DNA from: Squalus acanthias
Taxonomy: Eukaryota
DNA length: 64,000 nt
Assembly (NCBI GenBank): GCA_030390025.1
Contig: CM059432.1
Location: 41,046,001-41,110,000, forward strand
Reading direction: 5' to 3'
Shown here piece after piece: positions 48,281 through 61,120 of this stretch (within the stretch, counting starts at the first letter, position 1; every line of letters begins with the position of its first letter). The notes below the pieces were generated by a model, which was given only the letters and a program-made list of their open reading frames with translations, had not been told where the DNA came from and did no database searches. The translations under genes and the position numbers were made by a program.

Positions 48281-48879
48281 GTACAAACAAAACAAACTTC
48301 TGTTAGGACTGGGATTGTGAAACCGAGCTTAAGGGGTTAATTCAGAAATGTCACTGGTGGATTTCTGGGTTTGCAATATGAGTAGGCTTCCTTACTCTCT
48401 CATTTATATTGGAAAAACTGCCTCACATATTTGCCTTTTAAATCCATATATTAAATCTTGTGTAGGGAACGCACTTCCTGGCCACAAATATTATTTGCCA
48501 TTGTCACTATCTTTAGTTATGCTTTTTTTGTCAGTATTTACCATTGTAAATTGCTCCATTCAGATTTCCCATTTACTGTTGTTACATCAACTGTTACGAT
48601 GTAGTTGCAGGCTGTGTGGTGTCATCATGATGCATACGATTATTGTGGACCCTGATGACTGATGTCAAATAGACCCATTATAGTTCCCTGGAAAGATCAG
48701 TTTATCTAGTTCATAGCTGAGCCATACTGGTCGGAGCTTGTGGCTGCAAGGTTGCTACAGTTGGCCTCTGCGTTAGGGAGATAAATCAACCAAGGCTTCT
48801 GTTTCTGATTACTATCCAGCGAGCTCTGTGTGGATTTATGTTTGGGGAAGACAGGGTTGGGCTTAGATATGCCCCTGGT

Positions 48880-50935
48880 CATTCCCCTGGTATGGCCCTC
48901 CTCTCCACTCCTTAAGTCCAAGGGACGCAGACTTAAACGGAAATGGTTTAGCCATTCATCGCCAAATCTAGCTGGACCACGTAAGGCACTATCGGGTCCT
49001 GCTCTCCTCTGAAAATGGCTCACTATTCCAGGATCATCTGCATGCAATGAAAACCCCCGGCTTCTTTTCTCTACTGCAAACCATCTTCTTAAACCCCTCT
49101 CTCCTGCCTCCTCCATGTTCACCTCCAACAACAAGTGTGAGGAGCTCATGGACTTCTTTGTCACTAAGATTGAGACCATCCGCTCAGCTTCCTCTGTTGC
49201 TTCCCTCCCTTCTCCTGGCCCACCAGGCTAAACTTCCTCTAAGGTTCACCCCACCCTAGCCCTGAACTCTCATCTTTCTCGAGTTTCTCTCCTATCTCCC
49301 CTCATGCCCTCTGAGTTCATCTTGTCCATGAGACCCACCTCCTGCTTCCTCAACCCTATTCCCACTCAACTGCTGACCACCCAACTTTCCTTCCTGGCCC
49401 CCATGTTAGCTGATATTAACGGTTCTCTCTCTTCAGGTACTATCCTCCTCCCTCACATCTGCCGTCATCACCCCTCTCCTCAAAAAACCAGCCGCTGACC
49501 CCTCTGTCTTGCAAATTACCGCCCCATCTCCAACCTCCCTTTCCTTTCCTTGAATGTGCTGTCGCCTCCCAAATCCCTGCCCATCTTTCCCGGAACTGCA
49601 TGTTTGAATTCCTTCAGTCAGATTTCCGCCTCTCCCGCAGTACCGAAACGTCTCTTCTCAAAGTCACAAATTACATCCTATGTGATTGTGACTGTGGAAA
49701 TGATCCCTCCTCGTCCTTCTCGACCTGTCTGCAGCCTTTGACACGGTTGACCATACCATTCTCCTCCAACCCCTCTCCTCTGTTGTTCAGATGGTTGGGA
49801 CTGCACTCCCCTGGTTCCATTCTTATCTATCCAGTCGTAGCCAGAGAATCACCTGCAATGACTTCTCTTCCCGCTCCCGCGCCGTTACCTCTGGTGTCCC
49901 CCCAAGGATCTATCCTTGATCCCCTCCTATTTCTCATCTACATGCTGCCCCTGGGCGACATCATTCAAAAACAAAACATCAGGTTCCATATTGTATGCTG
50001 ATGATACCCAGTTCTACGTCACCACCACCTCTCTCGACTCCCCCCACTGTCTCTAAATTATCTGACTGCTTGTCCGACATCCAGTACTGGATGAGCAGAA
50101 ATTTCCTCCAAATAAGTATTGGGAAGAACGAAGCCATTGCCTTCGGTTCCCTAGCCACTGACTCCATCCCTCTCCCTGGCATCTGTCTAAGGCTGAACCA
50201 AACTGTTCACAACCTTCGTGTCGTATTTGACCCCGAGATGAGCTTTCTACCACACATCTGCGCCATCATAAAGACCGCCTACTTCCACCTCAAAGCATCG
50301 CCCGACTCTGTCCCTGCCTCAGTTCATCTGCTGATGAAACCCTCATCGAAGCCTTTGTTACTGCTAGACTTGACTATTCCAACGCACTCCTGGCCGGCGT
50401 CCCATCTTCCACACTCCATAAACTTAAGCTCACCCAAAACTCTCCTGCCCGTATCCTAACTCGTACCAAGTCCCGTTCACCCATCGCCCCTGTGCTCGCT
50501 GACCTACATTGGCTCTCGGTTAAGCAATGTCTCAATTTTAAAATTCTCATCCTTGTTTTAAAATCCCTCCATGGCCTCACCCTTCCCTATCTGTAACCTC
50601 CTCCAGCCCTACAACCCTCCGAGATATCTGCGCTTCTCCAATTCTAGCCTCTTGCATTGGCCTCTTGCGCATCTCTGATTTTAATCGCTCCACCATTGAC
50701 GGCCGTGCCTTCCGCTGCCAAGGCCCTCTCTAAGCTCTGGAATTCCCTCCCGAACCCTCTCCACCCCATACCTCGCTTTCTTCCTTTAAGACGCTCCTTA
50801 AAACCTACCTCTTTGACCAAGCTTTTGGTCATCTCCTTATGTGGCTCGGTGTCAAATTTTGTGTGATAACGCTTTTGCAAAGTGCGTTGGGACATTTTAC
50901 TACGTTACATGCACTATATAAATGTAATTTGTTGT
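48880..50935 (+). mobile_element. L2 LINE, about 2 kb 3' portion, in a RAD54B intron
   Basis: NYRPISNL-like region, PQGSILDPLLFLIYMLPLG, and an LHWL region. L2 tail tataaatgtaatttgttgtt. Confidence 0.88.
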
Positions 50936-51992
50936 TAGTGTGTTAACATCCAATGCCATGCGCACATATAAATAACACTCATCTGGAGAGTCAGAGACAT
51001 TACTGTTGGAATAACTGCTCCACCATGTCGTCTGGGGAGAAGGGAAGACTGGTACATTGATATCACGTGCTGCAGAGTGGTAGGCTGTGGGTGTTTCTGA
51101 TTCTCGTATACTAAGTTCTTTATCTCAGCCAGTTTGTCAGGGACATGCGGGGGGGGGCAGTCACACTAATCGCTCAGCTAACTCAACACGCACCAGGTAT
51201 CAAACTTAGGGTCTTTATGGCTTAGTACAACATCACTTAGCACAGAGCCATAGATAGAGTTCTCATTATACTTCATTAGTTTAACTTGTTTTATCCACTT
51301 TATTAGGCCTAGCGTATTGACAATAATCTTGTGAAAGAATGTCTGCAAAGCAGTAATGTAGCAATGTGTCCTAGTAGCAATCCAGTGGACATGAAACACT
51401 GGCTCAGTATGCTTGGATATTACACCGCTCTCTGCAAAGTGAATTGCTGATCCTTACCGTGGCAACACAGTTCTAGGTAATTTCCCACAGGCAGCAATGG
51501 GAGTCAGCTGGCAGCTGCCATGAACTCTCTAGCAGACATTTATGGTATACAATTGTCAGAGGCATAGTAAAAGAAAACTGGCTGGTGCATAGCATTAGTG
51601 GAAGTGGGAAGCAGGAAAAATAACTTCCTTGTTGACAACATCAAGATTTAGGTGCTGTCTCTTACCCTTTCTCAGAACCTCAATAATCTGGAAGTTCATA
51701 TCTACCTCAGTGTTCCCTTTCTTCCACAATATATTGGCTTTTAAAACCCATGTTTTATACCACTTAACTGAGACATCTTGATTTATCTCATCTTTTCAGA
51801 TTTGTACAACTGTGGTGGTGTCTTACACTATATAGCATTGGTCTTTCACCCGATCTTCTCAATTTGTTTTTAATATTTCATGTGTTAATTTAAAAGTAAT
51901 AGAAATCTATAAAAATAAGTAGGTTGTGAATACAGATTGGAGATGATCACTTTTGAGGTGATTTCCTTATTGGGTATTCCCTTTTATTTTAG

Positions 51993-52197
51993 GTACCTCA
52001 TGAAAGTGATGATAACGAGAGTTCTATACTGCAATCCAGAGCATTGGTCACAAAATGTGAAATAATCCAGACCTGCCCTTCTCGCCAAACTACAGGAAAT
52101 GTGGATGAAGAGGGTCACGTAAAGAGATCTGAATCTAACCATCTGACTACCGTATCTGCTTTTTCAGTGGGGGCACAAAGTGCAAGTCAAGCTGATG
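51993..52197 (+). CDS. RAD54B: Probable second coding exon of RAD54B (poorly conserved N-terminal region)
   Basis: Acceptor cttttattttAG (51991-51992) and donor G|GTAAGT (52198). Open in phase 0 (VPHESDDNESS...SQAD), compatible with the previous exon. The protein sequence itself is not recognisable. Confidence 0.7.
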
Positions 52198-52714
52198 GTA
52201 AGTACAACTTCATACTATTACACTCTTCAAACCAATTCTGGATTTCACTCCCAATAGCTGTGCAGTTTGCCATTTCCTAGAAACCTACCTTCTGACTAAA
52301 GTCTGCCACTGATTGTGTCAGCAAACTCCAACCTCTCCAAAAGAGAGAGAGAGAGATAAGGCATGCAGTAACTGAGTAAAGAGTTTTATTACGAACACTA
52401 GTGTGTTTCCACTAAAACTGTAGCATCAGTGTACATACAACTTCAATCTGGAGTTGGGGCCTGACATAACTTCAGAGTGAAGTGGGGTGAGACTGACTGG
52501 AGAAGAGTCTTGCTCACTTTAGTTTTAGAATTAATTTGGGCCGTAACTCTGGATTTACTCTGCACAAGTTTAGCTTTGCACCGATTCTAAACTGGTAGCA
52601 TAAATGCACCCTAAAAGTATTGAGTTTTGTTTTTAAATTGACAGCATCAGGATTCTTTTCCCACCAGCATTTCAGAAAAGTGTAAGGATTGGTTTTGAAA
52701 TTTTCATACCGTAA

Positions 52715-53175
52715 GAAAGAAGGAAAAAACTTGTATTTTTTAGTGCTTTTCATGTCCCTGTAACATTCAAAAGCACTTTGCAGACAATGAAGTACTTTCA
52801 AAGAGTAATCACTGTTGTAATCTAGGGAAATACTGCAGCCAATTTGGGCACTGCTACAAACAGCAATGCGATAAATGATCAGAATATCTGTTTTGGGGGT
52901 GTTGTATGAAGGATAAATGTTGGCCAGAGCATCGGATGAACTGCCCTGCCCTTCTGAGCATAGTGCCATAAGATATTTTAAGTCCATCTGAGGGGGCAGA
53001 CGGGACCTCACTTTAGCGTCTCATCTGAAAGATGGCACCTCAGAGAGTGAAGCGCTTCCTCAGTACTGCACTGAAGTGTCAGCCTAGATTATGTGCGCCT
53101 CTTAAGTGGAGCCTGAATCCACAACCTTCTGACTAAAAGGTAAGAGTGCTACCTCTGAGTCGAAGCTGACACCTT
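52715..53175 (-). mobile_element. Deu-type tRNA SINE
   Basis: Reverse complement of the 33337-33800 family. Confidence 0.75.
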
Positions 53176-53980
53176 GAAGTGCTGGTTGTTTCTTGTTAGC
53201 CATGATGGCTTGGCTTGTTCCTTTCTATGTAATTGCTCTGTTATGTTTGTTATTTTTTTTTCATGTTAAATACACTATCAAAGCAATGCATGTTAATCAT
53301 AGCTCACAACTGCAGTGGTCTGCAGTAGTGGAATTATGTCCAGCTTGGCTAATTACAGGTGATGGTTTTTTCATAGAATCATAGAAAGTTACAGCACAGA
53401 AGGAGGCCATTTCGGCCCATCATGTCCGCGCCGGCCAACAAAGAGCTATCCAGCCTAATCCCACTTCCCAGCTCTTGGTCCGTAGCCCTGCAGGTTAGAG
53501 CATCCCAAGTGCACATCCAAGTACTTTTTAAATGTGGTTAGGGTTCCTGCCTCTACCACTCTTTCAGGCAGTGAGTTCCAGACTCCCACAACCCTCTGGG
53601 TGAAGAAATTTCCCCTCAAATCCCCTCTAAACCTTCCCCCAATTACTTTAAATCTGTGCCCCCTGGTTTTTGACCCCTCTGCTAAGGGAAATAGGTCCTT
53701 TCTATCCACTTTATCTATGCCCCTCATAATTTTATACACCTCAATAAGGCCTCCCCTCAGCCTCCTCTGTTCCAAGGAAAACAGACCCAGCCTATCCAGT
53801 CTTTCCTCATAGCTAAGATTCTCTACTCCCGGCAACATCCTTGTAAATCTTCTCTGTATCCTCTCTAGTGCAATCACATCTTTCCTGTAATGTGGTGACC
53901 AGAACTGCACTCAGTACTCTAGCTGAGGCCTAACTCGTGTTTTATACAGTTGAAGCATAACCCCCCTGCTCTTGTATTCT

Positions 53981-54207
53981 ATTGAGAGGTCGCACAACAC
54001 CAGGTTATAGTCCAACAGTTTTATTTGAAATCAGAAGCTTTCGGAGCTATCGATTGCCCCTTCCTCAGGTGAAGTCACCTGAGGAAGGGGCAATCGATAG
54101 CTCCGAAAGCTTGTGATTTCAAATAAAACTGTTGGACTATAACCTGGTGTTGTGCGACCTCTCAATTTTGTCCACCCCAGTCCAACACCGGCATCTCCGC
54201 ATCATGA
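53981..54207 (+). mobile_element. Non-coding Penelope-type foldback insert: 92-bp inverted arms plus a 41-nt tail
   Basis: Arms 53981-54072 and 54075-54166 have 1 mismatch and a 2-nt loop. CTTGTATTCTAT is duplicated at 53971-53982 and 54208-54219. Confidence 0.85.
54075..54116 (+). ncRNA. Minimal type I hammerhead ribozyme motif (mirror copy on the minus strand at 54031-54072)
   Basis: TCAC-CTGAGGA-A-GGGGC-AATCGATA-GCTCC-GAAA-GC-TT-GTGA: stem I UCAC/GUGA, stem II GGGGC/GCUCC, palindromic AGCU stem III. Confidence 0.8.
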
Positions 54208-55057
54208 CTTGTATTCTATGCCACGGCTAATAAAGGCAAGCATTCCGTATGCCTTCTTAACCACCTTATCTACTTGGCCTGCTACCTTCAGGGATCTGTG
54301 GACATGCACTCCAAGGTCCCTTTGTTCCTCTGCACTACTCAGTGTCCTACCATTTAATGTGTATTCCCTTTCCTTGTTAGCCCTCCCCAAATGCATTACC
54401 TCACACTTCTCCGGATTGAATTCCATTTGCCACTGTTCTGACCAATTTATTGATATCTTCCTGCAGTCTGCAGCTTCCTTCTTCAGTATCAACCACACAG
54501 CCGATTTTAGAATCATCTGCAAACTTCTTAATCATACCCCCTATATTCAAGTCTAGATCGTTGATATATACCACAAAAAGCAAGGGACCTAGTACTGAGC
54601 CCACTGGAAACAGCCTTCCAGTCACAAAAACACCCATCAATCATTACCCTCTGCTTCCTGTCTCCGAGCCAGTTTTGAATCCAACTTGACACTTTGCCCT
54701 GGATCCCATGGGCTTTTAACATCGTGACCAGTCTGCCATGTGGAACCTTATCAAAAGCCTTGCTAAAGTCCATATACACTGCATCAAATGCACTACCCTC
54801 ATCTACCCTCCTTGTTACCACCTCAAAAAATTCAATCAAGTTTGTCAGACACGACCTTCCCTTAACAAATCCGTGCTGACTATCCTTGATTAATCCGTGT
54901 CTTTCTAAATGAAGATTTATCCTGTCCTTCAGAATTCTTTCCAATAATTTTCCCACCACTGAGGTTAGGCTGGCTGGCCTGTAATTACTCGGTCTATCCT
55001 TTTCTCCCTTTTTAAACAAGGGTACCACATTAGCAGTCCTCCAGTCCTCTGGCACCA

Positions 55058-55148
55058 ATTTTAAATAAATCTGTTGGACTATAACCTGGTGTTGTGCGAC
55101 TTCTCATTTTTGTCCACCCCAGTCCAACACCGGCATCTCCGCATCATG
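55058..55148 (+). mobile_element. Shorter copy of the 3' end of the 53981-54207 element
   Basis: Matches about 54116-54206. ACCA is duplicated at 55054-55057 and 55149-55152. Confidence 0.8.
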
Positions 55149-56139
55149 ACCACACCTGAAGCCAGAGAGGATTGAAAAATGATGGTCAGGGCCTCTGCAA
55201 TTTCCTCTTTTGCTTTGCTTAACAGCCTGGGATACATTTCATCCGGGCCTGGGGATTTATCCACTTTTAAAGCTGCTAAACCCCTTAATACTTCCTCTCT
55301 CACTATGTTTATTTCATCTAATATTTCACACTCCTCCCCCCGATAGCAATGTCTGCTTCGCCCCTCTCCTTTGTGAAAACAGACGCAAAGTATTCATTAA
55401 GAACCCTACCGATGTCTCCTGCCTCCACACACAGATTACCCTCATGATCTCTAATAGGCCCTATCCTTTCTTCAGTTATCCTCTTACTCTTAATATATTT
55501 ATAAAACATCTTTGGGTTTTCCTTGATTTTACTTGCCAAGAATTTTTCATGCTCTCTCTTTGCTTTCCTAATATCCTTTTTAATTGCACCCCTGCACTTT
55601 CTGTATTCCTCTAAAGATTCTGGAGTATTTAGCCCTCGGTATCTGTCATACGCCTCCCTTTTTTTCTTTATCCTACCCTGTATGTCTCCAGACATCCAGG
55701 GGCTCTAGATTTGTTAGTCCCACCTTTTTTCTTTAAGGGCACATGTTTGGTCTGAACCCTCCGGATCTCCTCCTTGAATGCCTCCCACTGCTCTGACACT
55801 AATTTGCCTTCAAGTAGCTGTTTCCAGTCCACTATGGCTAAATCCCCTCTGAGCTTAGCAAAATTTGCTTTTCCCCAATTTAGAATTTTTATTCCTGGTC
55901 TATCCTTGTCCTTTTCCATAACTACCTTAAATCTAACAGAATTATGGTCACTAGCACCAAAATGCTGCCCCACTGATACACCTTCTACCTGCCCAGCTTC
56001 ATTCCCTAAAACTAAGTTTTTGAAGTTGCTTTGGGGGCAGTTTGATCATATTCGAGGTGGCACTGGGGATCCATGGTCAAGATTCATTAATGAACCAGAC
56101 AGCAGCTACAAGGAGCAATGTTATTACAATTTCCTGATG

Positions 56140-56265
56140 TAGAATCATACAGCACAGAACGAGGCCATTCGGCCTATCGTTCCTGTGCCAGCTCTCTGAA
56201 AGAGCTACCAGTTAATCCCACTCCCCTGCTCTTTCCCAATAGCCATGCAAATTTTTCCTTTTTAA
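56140..56265 (-). mobile_element. CR1 3'UTR fragment
   Basis: tagaatcatacagcacagaa..ggccattcggcc, as in other CR1 tails. Confidence 0.7.
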
Positions 56266-57359
56266 GGAAATGTTTTATGATTTCCTATTGGGGGGGAAAA
56301 AAAGCAGCACAGAATGAACCATGGACCATAAGAAAACAAACCAAGGACACAAAATCCCAAGTAAAAGTGAATAGTATTTCACACGGGCTGGAAAATAAAA
56401 TAAAACCATATTAAAGTGTTATCTCTTTGTAAATCCCTTATCCGTTCATCCTCCACATAAAAATTAACAAGTTCAGGCTTTTGCCTAGTGGTTACGACAG
56501 ATAGATGGTTTTAATAAGCAACTCCAGCCTCTTATAAACTGAAACCTGTGGTCTTGTGCATATCAGGAATAGGAGAGAATGCTATGGAACTAACATTGCC
56601 ACCAAGTTCTCCTGTCTACTTTGACATTAGATATCACCAACTGGCCATTAAGTTCAGACTAAAAACTAATATATTTATTTACAAGTAAGATAATACACAG
56701 GTGCAATAAAACACAGCAATGTACTAGTAGTGCAACAGTAAAGATCGAATCAGTCCACAAGGGGTTAAAATACCATTTTCGAGAACATTTCTTGCCCAGT
56801 TTGTTACCAGCCCATGCTTTCATAGACCAACAATGGGGGGGCTATATGTGTGTGATGTTGGCTCGCTCAGTTCTAGTGTCCGTTCCATAAACTGAACGGA
56901 ACTAATAATTACAAGAAAAGCCTACAACTCCTCTTCAATTTTTGGGCCTCCAAATACAGGCATCATCATCCAAAATTTAAGACACTTTACAAAGGATGGT
57001 TGCATGTCATATGAATAAGCAATTTGACATACATCATCTTGCGCTTACCAAGGCCTTAAACGTTATACATTTTGCTTTTCCAGAACTTAACCCTTCCTGT
57101 TAATCTGCTTCAATACCAGATCAATCAATTTGGCTTATTTTTCCATACTGAACATTTTTTCTGACTACTTTTGTCACCACCCTTTCTTCATGTGCAAGAC
57201 TTGATGGTATTGGCAAACTATTTGACTGTAGGGGCTCTACAGCTGATTTCAATCCTGTTCTCATCCAACACTTGACACATGCATATCTATTCAAAATCTG
57301 AGATGCCTAGCTCAGACACTTTTTTGTGTTTGATGTTTACAGTTACAAGACTGTCTTGT

Positions 57360-57890
57360 TTACATAGAATTTACAGCACAGAAACAGGCCATTCGGCCCA
57401 ACTGATCCATGCCAGTGTTTATGCTCCACACGAGCTTCCTCCCACCCCTCTTCATCTAACCCTATCAGCATATCCTTCTATTCCTTTCTCCCTCGTGTTT
57501 ATCTAGCTTCTCCTTAAATGCATCTCTGCTGTTTGCCTCAACTACTCCACATTATCACCACTCTCTGGGTAAAGAAGTTTCTCCTGAATTTCCTATTGGA
57601 TTTATTAGCGACTATCTTGTATTTATGGCCTCTAGTTTTGGACTCGCCCACAAGTGAAAACATCTTCTTTACGTCTACCCTATTGAACCCCTTCATAATG
57701 TTAATGAGCTCTATTAAATAACCTCTCAGTCTATTTGCTAGAGAAAAGAGACCAAGTCTGTTCAGTCTTTCTTGATGGTTATAACCTCTCAGTTCTGGTA
57801 TCATCCCTGTAAATCTTTTATCCACCTTCTCCAGTGCCTTTTGTAATATGGAGACCAGAACAGTGCTAGTAGCCTAACCAAAGTTCTATG
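57360..57890 (-). mobile_element. CR1 3' fragment
   Basis: ORF 57538-57825. Similar to 4644-5122. Confidence 0.85.
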
Positions 57891-58566
57891 GGCTAGAGTT
57901 GCCACTTTGGGCGCAATCGGGAAAATGCGTGCAAAATTGCGATGTCAGGCATCTCATTTGATCTGTCAATTTGATTACCACTAAATTTTGGATTTGATTT
58001 TTCTACCATCACTGTCCTCTTTCTGTTTGACCAAGGTATAAGTACATGCATTATTAGTGACATTTCTTTTTATTATGTGACACAACCTTGAAATAAGTAA
58101 TTATGGATACTTTGTGTTAGAACTTGACACAGTAACAGATTTTTCAGAAACATACATATCTGTGACCAATCTAAAATTGTTTGTATTTATAACTAATTTA
58201 GTTTTTACTTATTTATAGTTGAATTTTTTTAGTGGGAGAAAAAACTAGACCATAACAATAGGCACAGTAAGTAAAACAATTGGTAATGTTGGGGCGGTGG
58301 GGTGGAATCCTGTAGAGGTATGGGTAAATATGGTATGGGTTTCTCTCTAGTAAAGCTCCTTACCTGTTACTGGAGGCAGTGCCCTCGCTATATCTATGTC
58401 CGGAAAAACAACATCTGAAAATGTCTTGATAATATAGGAAAAGATTCATGCATAACCAGCATAAGCAATCGATCTGTAGTTTAAAAATAGTTGATGATCT
58501 AAACACTGCAGAAATAGTGCTACTCTCCACTCTCTCTTGGAGAATATGGACCCACATGTGTAACCT

Positions 58567-61120
58567 CGGTAGTGGGGAAGCTTTTAGAAACGACAATTAG
58601 GGACAATGTTACCAGTCACTTGGACAAGTGTGGATTAATTAAGGAAAGCCAGCACAAATTTGTTAAAGGCAAATCGTGTTTAATTAACTTGATCGAGTTT
58701 TTTGATGAGGTAACAGAGAGGGCTGATGAGGGCAATGCGGTTGACATGGTGTACATGGATTTCCAAAAGGCGTTCGACAAAGTGCCACATAATAGGCTTG
58801 CCAGCAAAGTTGAAGCCCATGGAATAAAAGGGACAGTAGCAGCATGGATATGAAATTGGCTAAGTGACAGGAAACAGAGAGTAGTGGTGAACGGTTGTTT
58901 TTCAGACTGGAGGAATGTATACAGTGGTGTTATCATAGAATGGTTACAGCACAGAAGGCCATTCGGCTCGTCGAGCCCGTGCGACTTTCAGCTAGTCCCA
59001 CTCGCCTGTCCTTTTCCTGTAGCCCTGCAAATTTTTTTCTTTCAGATACTTGTCCAGCTCCCTTTTGAAAGATAAGATTGAGTCTGCCTCCACCACCCTC
59101 TCAGGCAGTGAATTCCAGATCTTAACCACTCGCTGCGTAAAAAAGTTTTTTCTTACGTCGCCTTTGGTTCTTTTGCCAATCACCTTAAATCTGTGTCCTC
59201 TGGTTCTCGATCCTTCTGCCAATGGGAACAGTTTCTCTCTGTCTACTCCAGACCCCTCATGATTTTGAACACCTCTATCAAATCTCCTCTCAATCTTCTC
59301 TGCTGCAAGGAGAACAACCCCAGCTTCTCCAGTCTAACAACGTAGCTAAAGTCCCTCATTCCTGGAATCATTCTCATAAATCTTTTCAACATAAGAAATA
59401 GGAGCAGGAATAGGCCACTTGGCCCCTTGAGCCTGCTCCGCCATTCAATAAGATCATAGCTGATCTTGGGCTCAAAGCAACTTCCCCGCCCGCTCCCCAT
59501 AACCCTTCACTCCCTTATCTTGCAAAAATGTGTCTATCTCCACCTTAAATGTATTTAATGACCCAGCCTGCACAGCTCTCTGGGGCAGAGAATTCCACAG
59601 ATTTACGACCCTCTGAGAGAAGAAATTCCTCCTCATCTCCGTTCTAAAAGGGCAACCCTTTATTCTGCACCTTCTCTAAGGCCTTCACATCCTTTCTAAA
59701 GTGTGGTGCCCAGAATTGGACACTGTACTCCAGTTGGGGCCGAACCAGTGTTTTATACAGGTTCATCAGAATTAACCACGTGTCCGCCCATTTCACCAGC
59801 CTGTTTATGTCTTCCTGAAGTCTATCACTGTTCACTATACTTCCAAGTTTTGTGTCATCTGCAAATTTTGAAATTGTGCCTGTACACCCACGTTCAAGTC
59901 ATTAATATATATCAAGAAAAGCAATGGTCCTAGAACCGACCCCTGGGGAACACCACTGTATACGTTCGTCCAGATTTTGAACACCTCTCCAGTCCGAAAA
60001 ACAAACGTTCACCGCTACTCTCTGTTTCCTGTCACTTAGCCAATTCCGTATCCATGCTGCCACTGTCCCTTTTATTCCATGGGCTTCAACTTTGCTGGTG
60101 AGCCTATTATGTGGCACTTTGCCGAATGCCTTTTGGAAATCCATGTGCACTATGTCAACCGCATTACCCTCATCAACCCTCTTGTTATCTCATCAAAAAA
60201 CTTGATCAAGTTGGATAAACACGATTTGCCTTTAACAAATCCATGCTGGCTTCCCCCAGGGGTCGGTACTAGGACCACTGCTTTTCTTGACATATTAATG
60301 ACTTAGACTTGGGTGTACAGGGCACAATTTCAAAATTTGCAGATGACATAGATCGGCTGGTGAAATGGGCAGACACGTGGCAGATGAAATTTAACGCAGA
60401 AAAGTGCGAAGTGATGCATTTTGGTAGGAAGAACGAGCAGTGGCAATATAAACTAAAGGGTACAATCCTAAAGGGGGTGCATGAACAGAGAGACCAGGGG
60501 GTATATGTGCACAAATCGTTGAAGGTGGCAGGACAGGTTGAGAAAGCAGTTAAAAAAGTTTACGGGATCCTGAGCTTTATAAATAGAGGCATAGAGTACA
60601 AAAGCAAGGAAGTTATGATGAACCTTTATAAAACACTGGTTTGGCCTCCACAGGAGTATTATGTCCAATTCTGGGCACCGCACTTTGGGAAGGATGTGAA
60701 GGCCTTAGAGAGGGTGCAGAAAAGATTTACGAGACTGGTTCCAGCATTGAGGGACTTCAGTTACATGGATAGACTGGAGAAGCTGGGGTTGTTCTCCTTC
60801 GAGCAGAGAAGGTTGAGAGGAGATTTGATAGAGGTGTTCAAAACCATGAGGGGTCGAGACAGAGTAGATAGAGAGAAACTGTTCCCATTGGCGGAAGAGT
60901 CAAGAACCAGAGGGCACAGATTTAAGGTGATTGGCAAAAGAACCAAAGGCGACATGAGGAAAACTTTTTTGCGCAGCGAGTGGTTAGGATCTGGAATTCA
61001 CTGCCTGAAAGGGTGGTGGAGGCAGACTCAACCGTGGCTTTCAAAAGGGAACTGGATAAGTACCTGAAGGGAAAAAAATTGCAGGGCTACGGGGAAATAG
61101 CAGAGGCTTGGGACTGGCTG
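58567..61120 (+). mobile_element. CR1 fragment (58567-58931 plus 60252-61120) with an antisense CR1 (58932-60251), itself interrupted by a third CR1 tail (59388-59663)
   Basis: Plus-strand ORFs 58572-58853 and 60309-61067 join at SGV|PQGS. Minus-strand ORFs 58992-59222, 59644-59835 and 59902-60150. Confidence 0.88.

Larger units (their letters stand above)
53372..56015 (-). mobile_element. CR1 LINE 3' half with two short Penelope-type inserts
   Basis: ORFs 55668-55973, 55318-55695, 54528-55058, 54202-54522 and 53455-53910. catagaat tandem tail. Confidence 0.92.

Noticed and set aside
48281..48340. Extension of the RAD54B ORF to the stop at 48340 (and of ORF 52044-52280 past 52197)
   Set aside because: This is read-through into introns past GT donors that give compatible exon phases.
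53981..54166. Canonical miRNA precursor or DNA-transposon MITE
   Set aside because: The asymmetric 41-nt tail, 12-bp duplication, hammerhead core and tail-only second copy fit a Penelope-type retro-insertion better. Small-RNA production is not excluded.
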